From Octopus sinensis (lineage: Eukaryota), in assembly GCF_006345805.1 (NCBI RefSeq), contig NC_042997.1, forward strand, positions 1,178,001-1,242,000: 64,000 bases of DNA, in the 5' to 3' direction. Shown one piece after another: positions 14,615-27,029 of the stretch (positions are counted from its first letter, which is position 1; each line of letters begins with the position of its first letter). A model generated the notes under the pieces. That model worked only from the letters and a program-made list of their open reading frames with translations, had not been told where the DNA came from and did not search any database. A program made the translations under genes and the position numbers.

Positions 14615-14721
14615 ATTTCTTATACGATGCACCGTTTCATCTACTGTTTAATGGTAAACTAACCTGATTAAATTAAATCAAGCCAATCTTCCATAGGCCC
14701 TTAGATTCATCAGTAAGAAAT
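14615..14721 (-). ncRNA. Type I hammerhead ribozyme, array unit 1
   Basis: atttctta-CTGATGA-atcta[58 nt]tagat-GAAA-cggtgcatcg-TA-taagaaat: helix I 8 bp, helix II 5 bp, near-palindromic helix III. Predicted cut is between 14623 and 14622. Confidence 0.9.
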
Positions 14722-15103
14722 AGCCAAGTCGGAACAGATATTTTTCACGAGGCATTCCCGTCCCTGCCTCGGCAATATCTGACCTAAAATTTTCAAATCA
14801 TCGCACTCGCGCCAAATTTATCGGCAGCAAATAAATATAAGCCGCCGATTCCATTACGGAATTAACCAGAAAATTCATAATTAATCAATATAGGGAGGCA
14901 AAAAATTTTGTAGAATTTTTTTGCCACCAGCGGCCTAGTGGGAAAAAATTAAATAGTCATAGACCATTTTTAAGTTCAACATCACAATCAAGGAACGGCC
15001 ATAATAGGCCATTCACCCACTAGAAATAACAGCCAAAAGCTTCAACCGCAAAATAACATCAATTCCGTGAACCAGGAGAAAATTAAAAAACATTTACCCT
15101 GTA

Positions 15104-15210
15104 ATTTCTTATACGATGCACCGTTTCATCTACTGTTTAATGGTAAACTAACCTGATTAAATTAAATCAAGCCAATCTTCCATAGGCCCTTAGATTCATC
15201 AGTAAGAAAT
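15104..15210 (-). ncRNA. Type I hammerhead ribozyme, array unit 2
   Basis: Identical to the unit 1 motif, offset by 489. Predicted cut is between 15112 and 15111. Confidence 0.9.
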
Positions 15211-15606
15211 AGCCAAGTCGGAACAGATATTTTTCACGAGGCATTCCCGTCCCTGCCTCGGCAATATCTGACCTAAAATTTTCAAATCATCGCACTCGCG
15301 CCAAATTTATCGGCAGCAAATAAATATAAGCCGCCGATTCCATTACGGAATTAACCAGAAAATTCATAATTAATCAATATAGGGTGGCAAAAAATTTTGT
15401 AGAATTTTTTTGCCACCAGCGGCCTAGTGGGAAAAAATTAAATAGTCATAGACCATTTTTAAGTTCAACATCACAATCAAGGAACGGCCATAATAGGCCA
15501 TTCACCCACTAGAAATAACAGCCAAAAGCTTCAACCGCAAAATAACATCAATTCCGTGAACCAGGAGAAAATTAAAAAACATTTACCCTGTAATTTCTAT
15601 ATTGAT

Positions 15607-15699
<93 letters not shown>

Positions 15700-15741
15700 G
15701 CATATATACACACATATACACATACACAAACATACACACAC

Positions 15742-15773
<32 letters not shown>

Positions 15774-15782
15774 ATAATATAT

Positions 15783-16793
15783 TTATATTTCGGAATGGTC
15801 ATTTTGCCAGTTTAGCCAATAAAAACACACGCACTATATATTTGGTGTTATTTTGCTTCAGTGTTATTTATTTTTTACATTAATCTTAATCTTATTTCAG
15901 CCAGAGTTCTTTCATCACACTCCTGTGACCGCATCAGTGGTCCTTTCTTTTCTTCTTTCTTATTTGTGTCTCTCCTTACTAACCGTCAGCCATTTTGTAT
16001 TTCTATTGTATGTCTTCATTTGCGCATGCGTATATCTTTATGTGCGTCTATGTTTATTTAGTGTGTGTATGTGGGGGGATGCCTGTAATATTTGTATCTT
16101 CTGTTTACACCCACTTATTATTATCATTACATATGCTTGTATGTATGTATGTATAACAACAATACTAGTAATAATGATAATAAATCGAATCGAAAAAAAA
16201 GATATATAGTTATTTATTTCTATTTGTTTATTTATCTGTGTATTTATTATGCTTTCGGGAACCTCTATCGTCATATGTTCTGGTGTGTGCTAGTGCTCCA
16301 TTCTAGTTTTCTATGCAGGCTAGGTTTATTTTCTATTATGTGTGTAGCTTCTGTAATTTGTCTGTAATTTGTCTAATTGTTGCATCTGTTCTATGTGTGG
16401 ACAATATTTTAATTTCTATGTTATTGATTGATCCCCCGTGTTCCTGTTCGGCGTGTTTGTACAGAATAGATGAGCTTTTACCTTCCTTGAGTTGTTTCCA
16501 ATGCTCATTTATCCGCTCTCCTATGCTTCTTGCCGTTTCCCCTAAGTATGTCGTTGTCTTGTTATTGCATCGTCCCTCTGTACATCTTATACTATAGACT
16601 ACATTTCTACAAATAAGAAAGAAGAAAACAAAGGACCACTGATGCGGTCACAGGAGTGTGATGAAAGAACTCTGGCCGAAATAAGATTAAGATTAATGTA
16701 AAAAATAAATAAAACTGAAGCAAAATAACACCAACTATATAGTGCGTGTGTTTTTATTGGCTAAACTGGCAAAATGACCATTCCGAAATATAA
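15783..16793 (-). mobile_element. Truncated Penelope-like element with inverted terminal duplication (185-bp arms 15783-15967 / 16609-16793)
   Basis: The arms are reverse complements. The spacer encodes a GIY-YIG domain and 3'UTR. (TA)n-rich runs lie on both sides. Confidence 0.88.
16271..16608 (-). pseudogene. GIY-YIG endonuclease domain of a Penelope-like element
   Basis: RNVVYSIRCTEGRCNNKTTTYLGETARSIGERINEHWKQ...ATIRQITEATHIIENKPSLHRKLEW; an 11-bp duplication (tgtaatttgtc x2, near 16352) shifts the frame. Confidence 0.85.
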
Positions 16794-16857
16794 CAATATC
16801 TGTTTCAACACACGACTTCACATAAAAAATCTTGCACAACAAATATTTAAATATATA

Positions 16858-16919
<62 letters not shown>

Positions 16920-16931
16920 ATATATATATAT

Positions 16932-16969
<38 letters not shown>

Positions 16970-17995
16970 ATATCTTTATATATATATATATTATATATAT
17001 ATGTGTCTGTTTGTGTATGTGTATATGTGTGTGTATATGCATGTGTGTATATATATATATGTAATCATGCCTGTGTTTGTGTATATATACGTATATGTGT
17101 ATATGTTTGTGTTTCTGTGTGTGGCTGTAAGTGAGCATATGTGTGTTTGTTTATGTGTCTGTTTGTGTAAGTGTGTCTGTATGTGAGCATGAGTATTCAA
17201 TACTTATTCATAAGTGGTGTCTATGCAAATATTTCAATACTTAATAAACAATATCGGTTTTAATGTACCTCGTCATTCAATGAAATTTTAACGAAATACT
17301 TGAACGAGAGAGACTGCATATTCCCCAAACAAATTAATCTGCAACAAGGAATACATATAAAATGCGAAAGAACGTAAACCTGCAGATGTATACAATAACA
17401 TGTTCTAAAGTGTCAATTCGACCTAAACTCATTGTTCTGCTTTAGTTGTTATTCTTCTAATTATATTTCTAACTAATTATCTTAATTCATTTTTTTAAAT
17501 TACTTCTCATCGTTTGTTAGATTCTGAAACGTTATTGATTATAAATTAAAGATATTTTCATGACAAAAGATTTGACATTAACTTCGTAATATTCTTTTTT
17601 TATCAAATATTTGATTATCGAATAGAATTTTCTGTAGCATACACATTTGTTTGCTTTGAATAATGAAAAGATTAATAAAGCAGCCGCACAACAATTAAAA
17701 AGTGTATAGATAATGTAATGTAATTAAATATAGGACTGACTGGAGTATGTCGATAGCTAGGTCATATATTGCAATATTGATAACAGCTTTTATTCACATA
17801 TTTTGGAATTTGCTGTATATCGTGATTGATGTTTAAAAAAATAACATCCGGGTTGACATCTAATTATTCTTTGTGAACCAATTCTATACATGTTTATTTA
17901 TTGAAACATTCCCAGGTTAAAGGGTATATATAATGTATATACAAAAAAATACAATATACTAACGAGCATAAACACGTTTGCTGGTTATTGTTGAA

Positions 17996-17997
<2 letters not shown>

Positions 17998-18086
<89 letters not shown>
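17998..18086. repeat. (TATC)n microsatellite
   Basis: About 22 direct copies of tatc. Confidence 0.95.
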
Positions 18087-18274
18087 CCTATCAATCTCAC
18101 TCCGCACTAGTTCTCTCTTTCTTCCCTCTCTCTCTCAGTACATTTATATATATATAATATATAAATATATATGTGTGCGTGCGCGCGTGTGTATGTAAGT
18201 GTGTGTGCGCGTGCACCCGTATATATACATACATACGTATATATATATATATATTATATATATATATATGTATG

Positions 18275-18347
<73 letters not shown>

Positions 18348-20029
18348 CATACATACATGCATATAAATACACACGCGCACTCAATACACACGTATGCCAA
18401 ATTACACACGCACTTGCACACACACACGCGCATATATAACCATATATATACGTATATATAGTAGTGCTGATATAACTCTTTCTTGTTCTTTTTCTTTTTC
18501 ATTTCGATATTATCAAGAAATTTCAGAACACTACAATCAGTAATTTCTTTTTTTTACACCTCCATTTAGAACATTGTGATGTTGTTCGTATATTAAACGC
18601 ACAGATATATCATGAACGCAGGTATAAACCAACGTACACGCAAACACACACACGTAAACGCCAATATTCTTGCGTGTACTCATATATATTCTATATAATT
18701 TATCATATGATGAAGTCATCCGTACTTCTAAGTAAAATAAAATTATCTATAAAACATAGATTTCAATTGCTTAAATCTTATAAAACTCTTCGCAGGTGGA
18801 AAGTAGTTCCTGAGTGTTATCTGTAGATATTTTTGGAGATCATAATAGAATGAAAATATTCACATATTAGACAGCTTCAAGAATGTGGCAAAATATTCAA
18901 AAGGAGGAGGCTTTTATTGGTGGGAGCTACAATAGGATATAAAACACATGAGGTAAATAACGATGTGTGAAGAGAAGAGGAAAGGCGACATGTGGAGACG
19001 AGTTTGCGAATCGTATAAGTGCACATTCAAGAATATCTTTTTTATGTATTCGGTACGTATACCAGTGTTGAAACTGTAATAACGTCAATATTAATTTAAA
19101 CAATTTGATCACTAGGTACGGTATAGAATATACTGACTTTTGTTTTATAGTAATAAAATATGCCATGAAATGAGTTGGGCATTAACGTAGTCGTTTGAAT
19201 ATACAACTGTTATCCGTTTTATAAATATATACGGTGTTCATTTTTGCTACGACAAGAAAGGACGCACACACAAACACACGGAGAAATGTAAAGATTTGAT
19301 GAGGCTAAAAGATCAGAATAGTGTAGGTTTTTGAATTATAAGCTATATTTTGTGTGTGTGTGTAAATGCTTCGTAACATTTAAGAGAGTAGCATTCCGTT
19401 CGTAATAGATAAATATTTGTATTGAAATTTTGTAGTGATGTTATCAAAAAGTCATCAGTAAGATTCGATTTTAATACAGTTATAGTGTCCCCATGGAGAG
19501 TTCATTTGATATTTAAAATATTTTTTTTTTCGTGATGGCATAATTTACCAAGCTATAACCATAAAATTCCTGTATCCTTCGAAATAGCAAAAAGTCAAAT
19601 CAACAATGTATGTGCCAAAGCAAATATCATTCCTACAGACGAAATATTGGGCAAAGGTTATCTTTAATGGATTTTAGGAGTGAGTGAGTGATTAATAAAT
19701 AATGAGTGACTAATATTATCGAATGTAAAAGAAGAAATGAAAGAAGGCAGAATGGAAAACGTGTAAGTCTACGATGTTTCTGAAGATACTGATGTATTCA
19801 CATATAATTCATAAGTTCATATACACCTCATAAGGGAGTTGTGTATATAATGATTCCATTCTTGAAACTCATTACTATATAAAGTCCACAGAGATTTCAT
19901 AAAAACCTTAAAATAAACATGGAATAAATTAAACTCAAAGCGTTTGGGAATTTTTCTCATTCACCATTCATAAATACTAGTACAATATGTTTATTTTGGA
20001 CGATTATACTGTTATAACTGCATTTGTGC

Positions 20030-20060
<31 letters not shown>

Positions 20061-20099
20061 TCTATCTGTCTATCTATCATATATCTATCTATATGTCTG

Positions 20100-20148
<49 letters not shown>

Positions 20149-20299
20149 TTATCTACTTATTTATTAATCTATGTATATATCTATATTTAAGTAGATTAAA
20201 TCCAGTCACAAATTCGCACACAAGTACTGGCTTCCATAGAGAACTGATTCATAAAAAAGCCAAAGAGAATAACTGGAGTATATGTGAAGATTAGGCTTT

Positions 20300-22300
20300 C
20301 TGGATTATATGCTTTTCAGCTCTTCGGTTACGTTTTCCTGTTTTACAATTTTCTCGTTACCTTAATATTCCCTCTAGTATAGGCGATTGAAAAGTTAATG
20401 ATCATATTCTGTTTGTTCTTTTCTGCTTTCAAGATTGCATATAGTCTCCTTGTTTCTACCTTGTAATTATCATTTAACATGTGAACCTGTCTCATTTTTG
20501 TAGCATATTTTCACTTCACAAATACATCGAATTGACTAAAAACGCAGTCCACGTTTGTATCAATACCATCATGTATTTATACTTTTTTAGTACTAGATTA
20601 TTGCACTCAATTTGATTATAGCTAAGTTTTTGTTCTTTTCCCCCTCACATTCTGCATTTGCCCTTTTAACTTTAATCAATATTTATCTTCATAAAATTAA
20701 TTTTAATGGCATATTCTCGAGTCGCTATAAACGGTGATTCCATGTTAAATTTCATGTTTTCATCTCTCAGTAAAACCATCATTCTTTATTTCCAAAGTCC
20801 TAAGTTTATTGACCATAATGACCAATGTCATCTCAGTTATTTCCTCATTCATTTCCACTCTTGAAATACCTCACTGTCATTGGCTCGAATCCAAACTTGC
20901 AGCATTTATGGTGTATTTTCCATGTAAGGAAACACTGGCTTTTGAGTTACTTGGTAAACAGAGCCTATGGATATTACTCCATAGGCTCTGTTATTTATAA
21001 ATTATGAATTACTTCCTATTTCTATATAATTCCTGCATTTCTGTGACTGACCAACTTAAAAAGGATCACAGTAACTCAGTACTGGCTGGTTAATGTATCG
21101 GTTGCCTTTTGTTAGTTCCGTTTCAAGCATCTTCTCAATCTTCTCATGTTCTTTGGGGACTTCCTCATTTTACATCGTAAGATCCTTCTGTGCAAGAAAT
21201 ATAAGATCCTACATCATTCAATCTCTCTTATTTTGCTACTTATATATATTTTTCTTCCATCGTATCACACGCCTATTGTCACCAAACCGCACAGCGATAT
21301 TCTTGCTAAATAATGTTACAAAAAAATCTTTAATGCATTTCAGGTTTTCCTCTGTTTCGATGTCATCTATCCGGTCTTAGAAAGCTCATAAGCAGTCTTA
21401 GATTTTCTCAGTAAGCTTGTCAAAAGGAATCAAGGCAAACACTATAAGTAGTGAAAGAACAGGTCCTTCTGAAACATCTTCCTCTATATTTCTAGATATT
21501 TCTTAAATGGCGCTTTTCTCATATTTATCTTCACTTGTGTTGTCTTATTTACTTTTTAAACTGCTTTAACGGATATTTATTGTTTTGTGTTGAACTTTCT
21601 GGTCCCACACATGAGCTATAGTTATTTGTAACTTAAGCATGTAGCATATCATTCTCCTGATATACATCTTTCTTAAGCTCTTGTTGAAATTTCACCTTAT
21701 TGTTGCTAAACATTATATTCTGTTAATATTGATTTATTATTTGTGCGTATGCAAAAGCTTTACTAATATTCACATTCATTTCTTTTTCATCTTTAGTTCA
21801 GTGTCTCTGATATTCTATGTCTGATGTTGTACCTTTGTGAGTCGTTCTCATGTTTTTCCTGCATTTTTGTGACTTCTACCTTCTCAAGTAGAGCATTTAT
21901 ATTTGAAAGAACTTTCTGACGCTATTCATCATAGTCCACAAGTTTCTGTTTCCACTATGGGTCTCCGAAGGTTTTTCTGTTCGACATACAGCTTCAGAAT
22001 ATTTTACAGGAACCACAGAAACGGAGAGTGCACGCTGCATGGGATTATTTGCACGTGTAATATACTTATCCTTGATTTTAGCAACCAGATCCTACTCTCC
22101 CTTTACTTATTGCATTTGATAGTTCTTCAGTTTCGGTTCCTGTTAAAGTTGAAGTGAGATCCTTTCGTCCTCTGTAATATCAATTCTCTTCATGAAGTAC
22201 ACCTGATTATCATTGTTACTATTGCTACATTCCCCTGCTGATTCATTTATTTTTCTGTATGCCTTGTTAAACTGCCCCTTAAATGTAAACATAATGGCCG
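20300..22300 (-). mobile_element. Heavily decayed R4/Dong-type (REL-endonuclease) LINE
   Basis: Minus-strand remnants of the QGDxLSPLLFVIALIP-like motif (near 21430-21470), ..DRLCLP.. (near 20950-20980) and a C-terminal RPDLV..KKRT-like segment (near 20400); many stops and frameshifts. Confidence 0.6.
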
Positions 22301-22914
22301 TCTTTCATTGTGCTGACATTTTAATCCAGTTCCATATAAAATTGATACTGTTTTCTCATGATGTGATATATGTTGATCTAAAAGTCATCATTCTGTCACT
22401 CTTTCTGTAGCTATACTCCATGCATAATTTTATTTCTTCTTTTAGCAAGTTTGTAGCAGTGCAGGGGTAACAACCGTATCTGTGTTGCTCTACAAATCGA
22501 CACTTGTCGCACGAGGGTGCTTTTCTTGAAGATCCAATCTCAGAGTCACTGTCGTATAAACTCTTTAATATTTCATCCTGAATTGGTAAGGTGACACAAT
22601 CACCGACTCTTCCATCGAGTCTATTAAAGCTACCAGCAAAGGAAAGTAAATATGTTACCCATATCAACGACCAGGTCCCACCAGGGGTCAGTTTAATATT
22701 TTATAGACTAGGACTTAAAAAATATAATACACTTAACTTACAACCACAAGAAGAGGAATCTTCCAACAAGTACAACACTGAAAAAGGAATCACAAACCTG
22801 CCGTATAGGAAGAGAAATTTTTCAAGGAGGCACATTTTCTCTCATTGCTTTTCGGCTTTGCTCTGGTCCCACTAACAAGCTTGTTAAGTGAAACCTGTAT
22901 AGGATACAAAGACT

Positions 22915-24170
22915 ATGGACAAACTATAGATTGCCTCCTATATATGAATGACTTAAAATGTTCCTTAAATATACCACTGAATAGAAGGTCCTAAAAATTG
23001 AAGGTAATTTCAGCCAGGACGCTAGGACGAAATACAATTCGAGAAATATACCAAAGTGACATTGTGAAGATGCAGATTAATCAGCATTGAAAGAAGAAAT
23101 TAGAGAATTATACCACAATTCCATATATGTAGGAATAGATGAAATATCTAAAATGAAACACGCAGAAATGAAAGAGAAAATATTAGACAAAGAGAAGAGT
23201 TAGACTAATATTAAACACCGAACGCTGTTGAAAATACTATAATAAGTGCAAATACGCTAGCCATGCCAAACATAAAGAACGGCTTCTACATTATAAATTT
23301 GAAGTTTAGTAAATTAAGAAAAATTGAAAAATCATGCCGAAGTCACCATCCCAAAGCAGACAAAGACACAATATATCTACTCCACTCAGAAGTAGCTCGC
23401 AGACTGTAGAAAACTACAATAAATAGCAATAGCTGGACTAGAAAAATATAAAGAAATAAAATAAAATGTTAGCGACTGTATGTTATAAAGCAACCCAACA
23501 AAAAATAAATAGAAAACGCTTTTCTCTATGGACATGGAGGCGAAACATTTAAAATAAGTAACGAACTAAACCGAAGACCTGATCTCAGGTGACAACAGAG
23601 CAGAAATGGTCAGAGAGACAAAAGTAACATTACAAAGAAATTCAAAAATCATACTAAAGTGTATATGGAGTGAAAAATCAGTCTATGGCCAATACCCTCC
23701 AAAGTCTGACAGAGAGGTGAGCTCAAACTAAAGCCAACCATGGCTCGAAAACTCTGGATTAAAAGCAGAAGTGGAAGCATTGATTCTCGCTGCACAAGAC
23801 CAATGTCAGTCCACAAACAACTATAAAAGCAAATTTACGAAAACAGGCCCAAACTCCAAATGTCAAATGTACAACCGGCACAATGAGACAGTTGAGTGCA
23901 TCGTCTCTGGCTGTTTAATCGTAGCCAATTCTGAATTTATATATATCCACTGAACAATATGCCAACACTGCAACATAAAATTTATCAAGAAATGTTATAA
24001 AAATGTGCGAAAAGGTGGATAACAATGACCATGTCACAATGACTTGTTATATGCCTGTTCAAACTGACAAAGAATTCAAAGCTAATCACTCAGACTTAAT
24101 AGTCAAAAATTGGGAAAAAGCATCTGTTTACTGCGAGACATTGTAGTCCGTATTGACTAGTTTAGAATAC
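22915..24170 (+). mobile_element. Decayed R4/Dong-type LINE (RT YMDD region to zinc knuckle / REL)
   Basis: CLLYMNDLK; RRVRLILNTE; HHPKAD-like; WLENSGLKAEVEALILAAQDQ..SKCQMYNRHNETVECIVSGC. Confidence 0.75.
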
Positions 24171-24889
24171 TTGAGCAGTGGATCCTCTGAATCGTTCAAT
24201 GTGGGATTGCGGAGGTAAACTTTGTCTTCTATCCTTCCGGATAATGTCTACTCTTCAACCTATCTACAACCGAAATTATTATGATTCTTAAAATTACTTA
24301 CATCTTTATGTCCATTCTCGGTATCTCTATTTCCGTAATTACTGATCACGCATTCCTTTATTTATATGAAACAATTACATTGATCTATATACTCCACCCA
24401 CGTTTACCTATTCTTTTGTTTTATCATCTTCCTTATTTGGTCCTCTCCTTGCCCTCCTCTCCACCTTTCCTCTCCCGGATTTTATTATATTATTTCTTAC
24501 CACTCCTTCAATCTTGAATTTATCTAAATACGTCCCTTTATGTATTGTATCAAAAAGTCTCTTCTTTTTGATACTCCTTACAAAATCTGCTACAGTTGTA
24601 CTTTTATTGTTACACTTTCTGCTGCTTCACTTCTCCACACCGCTAGCTTACTACTTCTTACTTATCTTCTGTTCCTCCTCAAAATATCTCCTTGCGTTCC
24701 CTATCAGTGACACCGATATAAATTAACACAGCTCGTGATTTCTGAAATATAATTCTGTAATGTTGATAAGACAGTGACATTGATGTATATATATAAATAA
24801 ACTACATATACATAAGTATATGCATACATTCGCATTCATGAACGCATACATAAGTATACACACACAAATGTATATGCCCTACATTTTAT

Positions 24890-25330
24890 CACATATAGTC
24901 ATTGGTACAGCTCTGCTCATCTCAATGTGTCCGGTTTCGTGCAGTATTTACGATCAGATTTTCGTCTTTTCTTTTGGTCTCCAGTTGAAGATACTCACTC
25001 CTCCACTTGACTTGGTCACATGCAAGTGTCTCTCAGAATTCCATGTTGCTACTGATTTGTTGTAACATGTACGGTGGTATTTCTAGGGAAAACGCAGATG
25101 GTTAGTGGATCCTCTTCTCGAAAGCTGCTTCACCTCATGGAACATTTTTGAGTATGCAGTTATCGTCCATGTGTTACGGCAAATTTCGTTGACGTTGTTG
25201 TGGGGGGAGATACTTTGGAAAGGCTGACCGTTATAATACTTCTGCCAACAGAAAGAACGTTAATACACTTTTCCTGTGCCAGTCTGTGCCAGGTCCTTTT
25301 CCTGCAATGTAGTTATACCTACGTTGACTT
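24890..25330 (-). mobile_element. Degenerate 3' fragment of an RTE/BovB-like LINE
   Basis: Minus-strand remnant resembling GHVxRMxDxxIxKxxxYGE (..MDDNCILKNVP*GEAA..), followed by a short 3'UTR. Confidence 0.5.
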
Positions 25331-26664
25331 ATTTAACCGTGGCATATTGTACTGATGATACCGAAAAGTTTATTATTTTCTGGATGGTTTAAATTTTAGG
25401 TATTCTTTTGTTTTGTCGTTGGTGTGATGGTTTCCTGTCAGCAACTTTTGAATTAATCCCCACACTTTGTATATCTATTGTATTTATATAACTACTATAG
25501 TAAACTATATTCGTATAACTATAGTAGTTATAATGTGCGCTAAAACAGCAGTGACCGCTTCTTGTGTAAATGAGAGCGTATGTAGCCGTGTATAGCATAC
25601 ATATCATGAAAATACTATGGAGCATAAATAAGCTATTGCTCCAGAAGATTTCAGTCCACAACACTCTTTGTAAAATCGAAAGGAATAAGACACGTTATGG
25701 TTTTACACAAGAAATGATATATGCAATACACAATTAAGTGATGTTCGTAGCTTAATGGCACAAAGCGTTTATTTGACCGAGAAACAAACCTCAAAACCTA
25801 AGATCATGAACTGAACATATAACCCACTAGAGCATGGCGCCACGTCATCATAAAAAATATTTTTGTGTTTATGCGTGTATGTGTTTGTGTGTATATAAGT
25901 AAGTAGACACTGCAGATAAGAAAACAAAACAAAGTGAAGAAAAATTAACGCATAAACAAAAGGAAATCCGACCCAGGATGTCTCTAAGGATTCTGATGAT
26001 TTCAAATGAGCGTTAGAGATAGAATGCTTTTCCTTTACTTTGTTCTTATGTCTTCCATGTTCCCATTGTTGTGGCAAATTTCTTCGTTCGCTCTCCTTAA
26101 AATTTTTCTCCCCTCATTATTATACTTTCACAATAAAGCTTTATTTCCGCCAACTGAAAACATCCATGAACATATTTCCTTGTCTGATGCAAAGATAAAC
26201 AATTACAATTTGGAAAAACAAATTTACAGTACGATGCAAGATACATAGTCGGAATTTTATATATAAAATGACAATTCTTTTGGCAGATTAGTTGTATGTT
26301 TTTGTGTTAATCTATGTGTTCGTATGTACGTATAAAATTTTGATATTACAGAGATCTAAAAATACAATGAATAAATAATATGAACTTATCTCATATAAAT
26401 CTAAAACTAGTATTTAAAATATTTAAAATAAGTATATTGAAAAATATACCCTTAAAACAAATATCTATAATGACTAATTAAAATCATTAATTTATCTACC
26501 TTCTTACTGAACTTATATACAATCCTGAATCCCTTGCCATATAAAATAATATTTTGAATTGATATCCATTACATACCTCGGGGAATAATAAGAATTTCAG
26601 TAAGCTTTTATATTTCGAAGATTATTCGATTTGATAACTGACAGGTTACCAAGTTCTTACCGTA

Positions 26665-26748
<84 letters not shown>

Positions 26749-26975
26749 ATTGCTGGCATATATATATATATATGCCAGCAATCATCATTTTTATAGATCT
26801 AGGATGACAAATTATTTTGAATTGTAAAATATCTTTGCACATCTAATCCTTGAAAAATTATTGGTACAAAGTATAATATAATGTACATGTGTACATATAC
26901 AAATAATTTCTCATTTACATATACATTTAGATATATATATATATACATATACATATATACATATACTTACATATA

Positions 26976-27029
<54 letters not shown>

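Larger units (their letters stand above)
14488..15598 (-). mobile_element. Tandem array of a 488/489-bp non-coding unit (about 2.3 copies) with one hammerhead per full unit; candidate retrozyme
   Basis: Units start at 14488, 14976 and 15465 and differ at only about 3 positions. The array has no ORF and is flanked on both sides by (TA)n. Confidence 0.85.

Noticed and set aside
14750-14800. HDV-like ribozyme in the array unit (gaggca..tgcctc-gg)
   Set aside because: Only 10 nt lie between the P1 strands, too few for P2, P3 and L3.
25348-25375. CTGATGA-tacc-GAAA
   Set aside because: Only 4 unpaired nt between the core strands; no helices I or III.
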